64,000 bases of DNA from Bacteroidota bacterium (GTDB taxonomy: Bacteria > Bacteroidota > Bacteroidia > Bacteroidales > UBA12481): positions 124,491-188,490 of the forward strand of contig JAZDPC010000056.1 in the NCBI GenBank assembly GCA_043797975.1, written 5' to 3'. This document shows positions 59,417-64,000 of the stretch, piece by piece. Positions within the stretch are counted from its first letter, which is position 1; every line of letters begins with the position of its first letter. Made by a program: the position numbers and the translations under genes. The notes below the pieces were generated by a model. That model was not told the DNA's origin and ran no database searches. It saw only the letters and a program-made list of their open reading frames with translations.

Positions 59417-60130
59417 TTACTTGAGCCTTGAGCCTTCTTTAAGGTTTTCTCCTGATCTCAGTACGTACACAATCCCGTATTCCTCTGCCTGCTGTCGCCT
59501 TTCAGCTTCCGGCAGGCGGCGGAAGTGCGCTTCGATTTCGTCCCAGACAACAGACAGGATTGAATCCACTTCTTTTCTCACCTGAGCGATGTTCTCATCA
59601 GCCCGGCGGGTGGATTTGATAGCGGTGATCTGGGCGTAATAACTGTCGCGGAAAGGATCGAGCCAGACACGTACCCGGCTGATATTAGGCATCATGACGG
59701 GTATCCCTCCGGTTTTGATCCGGTTGGCTTCCCCTTCGATGATCCGCTTGCCCCAGTCGAGCACCTCCCGTTCGCTGCGCAGATCGGGCACCCGGTTACC
59801 GTACTCTTCAAGCCCGTAAAACTGGCGAGCCGATTCAGGGATCTCATCCCGCTGGATCGCCAGGTTCAGGACCTGGATAAAGTGAGAGAGGTAGAGGCGC
59901 GTTTTCAACACTTTGGGCTGGAATTCCCTGTTCAAAGCAACACGTGTACTCCGGGCCTGGTTCTGCTGATGCTTGGCGCCTTCCAGTTTGGCAACGATAT
60001 TCCGCATCGGATGGAGATGACTGGCAGAATAGGCAAGCTGGTCGGGATCGGTGATCTCAGCCATCCGGGTTGCGGCATGCAGGGCTTTCAGCCTTGCAAC
60101 ATCGGTAGTGGGGAGTCGTCGGTAGGGCAT
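59417..60130 (-). CDS. Hypothetical protein (helical, charged; no family recognised)
   Basis: A 237-aa ORF with no competing ORFs. Its last codons and stop lie in a short tandem repeat (cttgagccttgagcc). Confidence 0.45.
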   Translation of the reverse strand: MPYRRLPTTDVARLKALHAATRMAEITDPDQLAYSASHLHPMRNIVAKLEGAKHQQNQARSTRVALNREFQPKVLKTRLYLSHFIQVLNLAIQRDEIPESARQFYGLEEYGNRVPDLRSEREVLDWGKRIIEGEANRIKTGGIPVMMPNISRVRVWLDPFRDSYYAQITAIKSTRRADENIAQVRKEVDSILSVVWDEIEAHFRRLPEAERRQQAEEYGIVYVLRSGENLKEGSRLK

Positions 60131-60192
60131 CGTAAAATATCAGTATTAAAATAGGAAAAATGTATCTTCGTTCACACTTTTATTTTAAACCG

Positions 60193-61593
60193 ATGTTTGA
60201 CGCAAGTTTATATAGCAAACGCAGGGCACAACTCCGGCGGGATACGGGAAAAGGGATCGTCCTTCTTCCCGGAAACGTGGATGCTGCATTCAATTATCCG
60301 GCAAACCAGTACCATTTCAGGCAGGACAGCACTTTCCTCTATTTTTTCGGGCTGGATCATGCCGGTCTGGCTGGTGTCATTGACCTGGATTCAGGTGAGG
60401 ACTGGATCTTCGGCAATGATGTGGACATGGACGATATCATCTGGATGGGGGTCCTGCCATCCATTAAAGAATTGGCTGGGCAGGTTGGGATTACCCATAC
60501 GGGACCTTATTCCGGACTGGAAAAGTTGATCGGGAAAGCGCTGGATCAGGGCCGGCCTGTCCATTTTTTACCGCCTTACCGCGGAGAGACAAGCCTCGAA
60601 CTGGAACGGCTGCTGAAGATCCCAGCTGCAGCGCTGAAGGCAAAATCTTCTTTAAACCTGATCAAAGCAGTGGTGGCTCAGCGTTCCGTCAAGGATCAGT
60701 ATGAGATCGCCGAGATAGAAAAGGCGGTTGATACGGCTTATCTGATGCATACGACTGCCATGAAAATGGCCATGCCGGGAGTATGGGAACAGGAAATTGC
60801 AGGTACCATTGAAGGAATCGCCCTGGCTCATGGTGGACCTGTCTCATTCCCGGTCATCCTGAGCATGAACGGCCAGACACTGCATAATCACGATCATAGC
60901 CAGATACTGCAAAAAGGACGACTGATGGTGGTCGATGCCGGATGTGAAACCGGCATGCACTATGCATCCGATCTTACCCGGACTGCCCCGGTCGGGGGTA
61001 CCTTCGATGCCCGCCAGAAACCGGTTTATGAAGCCGTCCTGGCAGCAAACATGAAAGCCATCGAAACAATCCGTCCGGGAGTCCTCTACAGGGATATTCA
61101 CCTGATGGCATGCCAAACACTGGCAGAAGGGCTGAAGGCCATCGGGCTGATGAAGGGAGATATAAAAGAGGCCGTGGCTGCGGGTGCCCACGCCCTTTTC
61201 CTCCCGCACGGACTTGGCCACATGATGGGCCTCGATGTGCATGATATGGAAAACCTTGGTCAGATTAATGTGGGATACGATGATGAGATCCGGCCATCCG
61301 ATCAGTTCGGGCTCGCATTCCTGCGCATGGCCCGTAAGCTTGAGCCCGGCTTTGTCATTACCGACGAACCCGGATGCTACTTCATCCCGGCCCTTATCGA
61401 CCAATGGAAAGCCGACAAGCTCTTTACCAGCTTCATCAATTATCAGGAAGTTGAGAAATATAAAGATTTCGGCGGCATCCGCATCGAGGATGATATCCTG
61501 GTCACCGCGGACGGCTGCCGGGTTCTCGGAAAGCCGATGCCGAAGAGCGTCAGGGACGTGGAAACATTGCTTAATGAGCAGACCAAACTATAA
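60193..61593 (+). CDS. pepP: Xaa-Pro aminopeptidase (M24B)
   Basis: Pita-bread metal ligands in VVDAGCETGMHYASDLTRT, HGLGHMMGLDVHD and GGIRIEDDILVT. Confidence 0.85.
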   Translation: MFDASLYSKRRAQLRRDTGKGIVLLPGNVDAAFNYPANQYHFRQDSTFLYFFGLDHAGLAGVIDLDSGEDWIFGNDVDMDDIIWMGVLPSIKELAGQVGITHTGPYSGLEKLIGKALDQGRPVHFLPPYRGETSLELERLLKIPAAALKAKSSLNLIKAVVAQRSVKDQYEIAEIEKAVDTAYLMHTTAMKMAMPGVWEQEIAGTIEGIALAHGGPVSFPVILSMNGQTLHNHDHSQILQKGRLMVVDAGCETGMHYASDLTRTAPVGGTFDARQKPVYEAVLAANMKAIETIRPGVLYRDIHLMACQTLAEGLKAIGLMKGDIKEAVAAGAHALFLPHGLGHMMGLDVHDMENLGQINVGYDDEIRPSDQFGLAFLRMARKLEPGFVITDEPGCYFIPALIDQWKADKLFTSFINYQEVEKYKDFGGIRIEDDILVTADGCRVLGKPMPKSVRDVETLLNEQTKL

Positions 61594-63319
61594 CCGCTAT
61601 CCATCAACAGAACTCAACAGTATCCCGATCTGGTCGGGCTGGTCAACTATTGCTGCCCAGATCCTGTCTGACAGGAAAATCCGGGAGAAAACCAGAAAAC
61701 TTATTGTTATAGAGTGTTATACGGGCATCCTGTATGACGATCTGCTGACCGGCATTTCTTTTCTTAAACCCGATTTATTGCTCGATTCGCGCGAAGCCTT
61801 TAAACCGGGATCCGAAATCCTGAATCTGACCCATCCCGATGTTACAGATGACCGGATCTTCGGCCGGATGACAAAGCTTGGTTTGGAGAATTTCCTGGAT
61901 CAGGGAAAGATATCGGATTTCAAATGTCGGATTTCGGATCCCGGATCAGGAACGGTTGTGGTTTTTGGACCCGGAGCTTCGATCATTGCAGGAAGAGGCG
62001 ATTTGCTTGTATATGCCGACATGGCCCGCTGGGAGATCCAAATACGGATGAGGAGCCAAAGAGTTCAGGGCCTGGGAGTGGATGATCATGTTCTGGAATT
62101 CAGTTATCAGTATAAACGGGGCCTCTTTGTCGACTGGAGGGTTTGCGACAAGGTCAAGAAGGAGTTGTTTGGTTCCATGGATTATATTCTCGATACCAAC
62201 CAGGAAGGTGAGCCGAAAATGTTAACAGGCAGAGATTATCTGGCTGGTTTACAAACAGTATCAATCAGGCCTTTCCGGATTGTTCCCTATTTCGATCCGG
62301 CCCCCTGGGGCGGAAAGTGGATGAAATCGGTTTGCGGACTGGACCCTGAACCCGATAATTACGGATGGTGCTTCGATTGCGTTCCGGAGGAAAACAGCCT
62401 GCTCTTCAGCGTTAACGGGAACCTGTTCGAAACTCCCTCGATCAACCTGGTATTTTTTGAAAGCCTTAACCTGCTGGGACGTTCGGTTATGGAACGGTTC
62501 GGACAGGAATTTCCCATCCGGTTCGATTTTCTCGACACCATGGGCGGCGGGAACCTGAGCCTTCAGGTACATCCATCAACGGATTATATCCGGGAGCAGT
62601 TTGGGATGTATTACACCCAGGATGAAAGCTATTATCTGCTGGATGCCGGAGACGATGCCACTGTTTACCTGGGAATCCGCGACGGGGCCGATCCTGATCA
62701 GATGATCGGGGCACTCGAATCCGCAAACATCGGGGAAGAGCCTTTTGATGCAGCTCAGTTTGTCAATATCTGGCCCGCCAGAAAACATGATCATTTTCTG
62801 ATCCCGGCAGGGACGGTCCACTGTTCGGGCAGAAATGCCATGGTGCTGGAGATCAGCGCAACACCCTATATTTTCACTTTCAAGCTCTGGGATTGGGCCC
62901 GGCTGGGCCTCGACGGACAGCCCCGGCCGATCAATATCCAACATGGTTCCAAAGTGATCAACTGGGATTGGAGAACGGAAGCCACGCGCAGGGAGCTAGT
63001 GAACCGGATCCAACCGGTTTTAGCGGGTAACGGCTGGCGGGAGGAATATACAGGCCTGCATGAAACGGAGTTTATCGAAACCCGCCGCCACTGGTTTACC
63101 AAACCGGTACTTCACGATACCCGCGGGACGGTCAATGTGCTCAACCTTGTAGAAGGCCGCGAAGCCATCGTCACCTCACCCACCGGAAAATTCGGGCCCT
63201 TTGTGGTCCATTATGCAGAAACATTTATTGTACCGGCTGCCGTTGGGGAGTATATCATCGCACCGTATGGGGAAAGTGAAGGGAAGGAGATCGGAACGAT
63301 TAAGGCGTACGTGCGATAG
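61574..63319 (+). CDS. Class I mannose-6-phosphate isomerase-like cupin protein (long form)
   Basis: LSLQVHPSTDY and the later HCSGRNAMVLEISATP motif. The start was moved to ATG 61574 because the track ORF start lies deep inside pepP. Confidence 0.6.
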   Translation: MSRPNYNRYPSTELNSIPIWSGWSTIAAQILSDRKIREKTRKLIVIECYTGILYDDLLTGISFLKPDLLLDSREAFKPGSEILNLTHPDVTDDRIFGRMTKLGLENFLDQGKISDFKCRISDPGSGTVVVFGPGASIIAGRGDLLVYADMARWEIQIRMRSQRVQGLGVDDHVLEFSYQYKRGLFVDWRVCDKVKKELFGSMDYILDTNQEGEPKMLTGRDYLAGLQTVSIRPFRIVPYFDPAPWGGKWMKSVCGLDPEPDNYGWCFDCVPEENSLLFSVNGNLFETPSINLVFFESLNLLGRSVMERFGQEFPIRFDFLDTMGGGNLSLQVHPSTDYIREQFGMYYTQDESYYLLDAGDDATVYLGIRDGADPDQMIGALESANIGEEPFDAAQFVNIWPARKHDHFLIPAGTVHCSGRNAMVLEISATPYIFTFKLWDWARLGLDGQPRPINIQHGSKVINWDWRTEATRRELVNRIQPVLAGNGWREEYTGLHETEFIETRRHWFTKPVLHDTRGTVNVLNLVEGREAIVTSPTGKFGPFVVHYAETFIVPAAVGEYIIAPYGESEGKEIGTIKAYVR

Positions 63320-64000
63320 GAGCTTTCTGATCAGCCGACAGGTAATCCAGCGGCAGCAGCACCCTGATCCTGGCTGAATTATTCAGATCGGTTTTAATGA
63401 ATTCCCCGGTCGGTACTCCATAATTTCCTTCCCGGTCAAATTCGATCACACTATCGGGAAGTTGTATGCTGAAGGTCCAGTCGTCCTTCAAATCTTTGGT
63501 CTTTCCCAAATCCCTGAAAATGATAATGCTCGGAGCGACAGTCAAAGTTTTAATCCCTGATCCGGGAGTTTCCCTTATTTTTTCAAGTCCGATTCTGTAC
63601 TCATCATCCGGGAAATAATTGAGAAACTCAATCACACTGCTTTCGGGATTCCAGAAGAAAACGCTGTCCATCATTGCATACCTGACTTTCGCCATTGCAA
63701 GACCGATCTTTTCCTCTTTTTGTATTTCATCAATTTCTTTATATACCTTCCTGACAGTGTACCGGTTTTCAATGAGTTTGTCATTATACAGGCAGGCTAA
63801 AAAATGCTTAAGGCTGCCGGTGAACTCGGCTTCCCGGGTGTTCCTCCACTTGAAGGCATTTAAGAGCGCGCTTGGTGCGAGATCTTCATACAGTGCACTT
63901 CCTGAAAATGCATAATAGGAACCCACAACCGTGGAAATGCCCGAACGGTTATTTTCTACAAACCTGAAGTAGTCAAGAAAAAAGGTAATCCGGTAACCCA
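63300..64000 (-). CDS. Hypothetical protein, 5' end beyond the window
   Basis: The reading frame stays open upstream of the GTG at 63926 all the way to position 64000 (...GYRITFFLDYFRFVENNRSGISTVVGSYYAF...). No family recognised. Confidence 0.45.
   Translation of the reverse strand, partial: GYRITFFLDYFRFVENNRSGISTVVGSYYAFSGSALYEDLAPSALLNAFKWRNTREAEFTGSLKHFLACLYNDKLIENRYTVRKVYKEIDEIQKEEKIGLAMAKVRYAMMDSVFFWNPESSVIEFLNYFPDDEYRIGLEKIRETPGSGIKTLTVAPSIIIFRDLGKTKDLKDDWTFSIQLPDSVIEFDREGNYGVPTGEFIKTDLNNSARIRVLLPLDYLSADQKAPIARTP

Noticed and set aside
61235-61573. The track ORF start extending the isomerase-like gene 339 nt into pepP.
   Set aside because: The extension overlaps the well-supported pepP C-terminus in another frame and translates to low-complexity sequence. 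ATG 61574 gives a sensible N-terminus.

Overview
The window looks like a gene-dense chromosomal segment of a Bacteroidota-type genome. Supporting evidence: four proteins with T9SS C-terminal sorting domains, a CarboxypepD_reg-type TonB receptor, an 80-aa ATP synthase epsilon, and TAnnTTTG -7 boxes in front of many genes. Most of it is housekeeping: yceD-rpmF-plsX-fabH, F-type ATP synthase genes atpBEFHAG and atpDC, rsgA, recO, ilvE, pepP, pepE and two tRNA-Arg. I saw no integrase, transposase, CRISPR array or recognisable defence genes. The items that stand out are: (1) A translationally coupled five-gene operon (34114-37115, minus strand) pairs a VTC-type polyphosphate polymerase (triphosphate-tunnel) domain protein with a multi-TM DUF4956 protein, a DUF2490 outer-membrane barrel and two small secreted proteins. 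As far as I know this is an uncharacterised bacterial envelope system. (2) A selenium-utilisation locus has a NifS-like::SelD fusion and selU separated by a T9SS-exported VIT-like protein. (3) A PorZ-like T9SS gene is cut by an in-frame TAG directly after its signal peptide, and the upstream rdgB has an apparent 1-nt frameshift at its start. (4) There are two families of intergenic repeats: a palindromic MITE/REP-like element with compensatory arm changes in two copies, and arrays of 7-8-nt tandem units that often form long hairpins at six or more loci. (5) Two tandem paralogous ~1125-aa BNR-propeller T9SS cargo genes are followed by a lipoprotein-type rhamnose mutarotase. All functional calls rest on motif and family recognition by eye. 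No database search was run.
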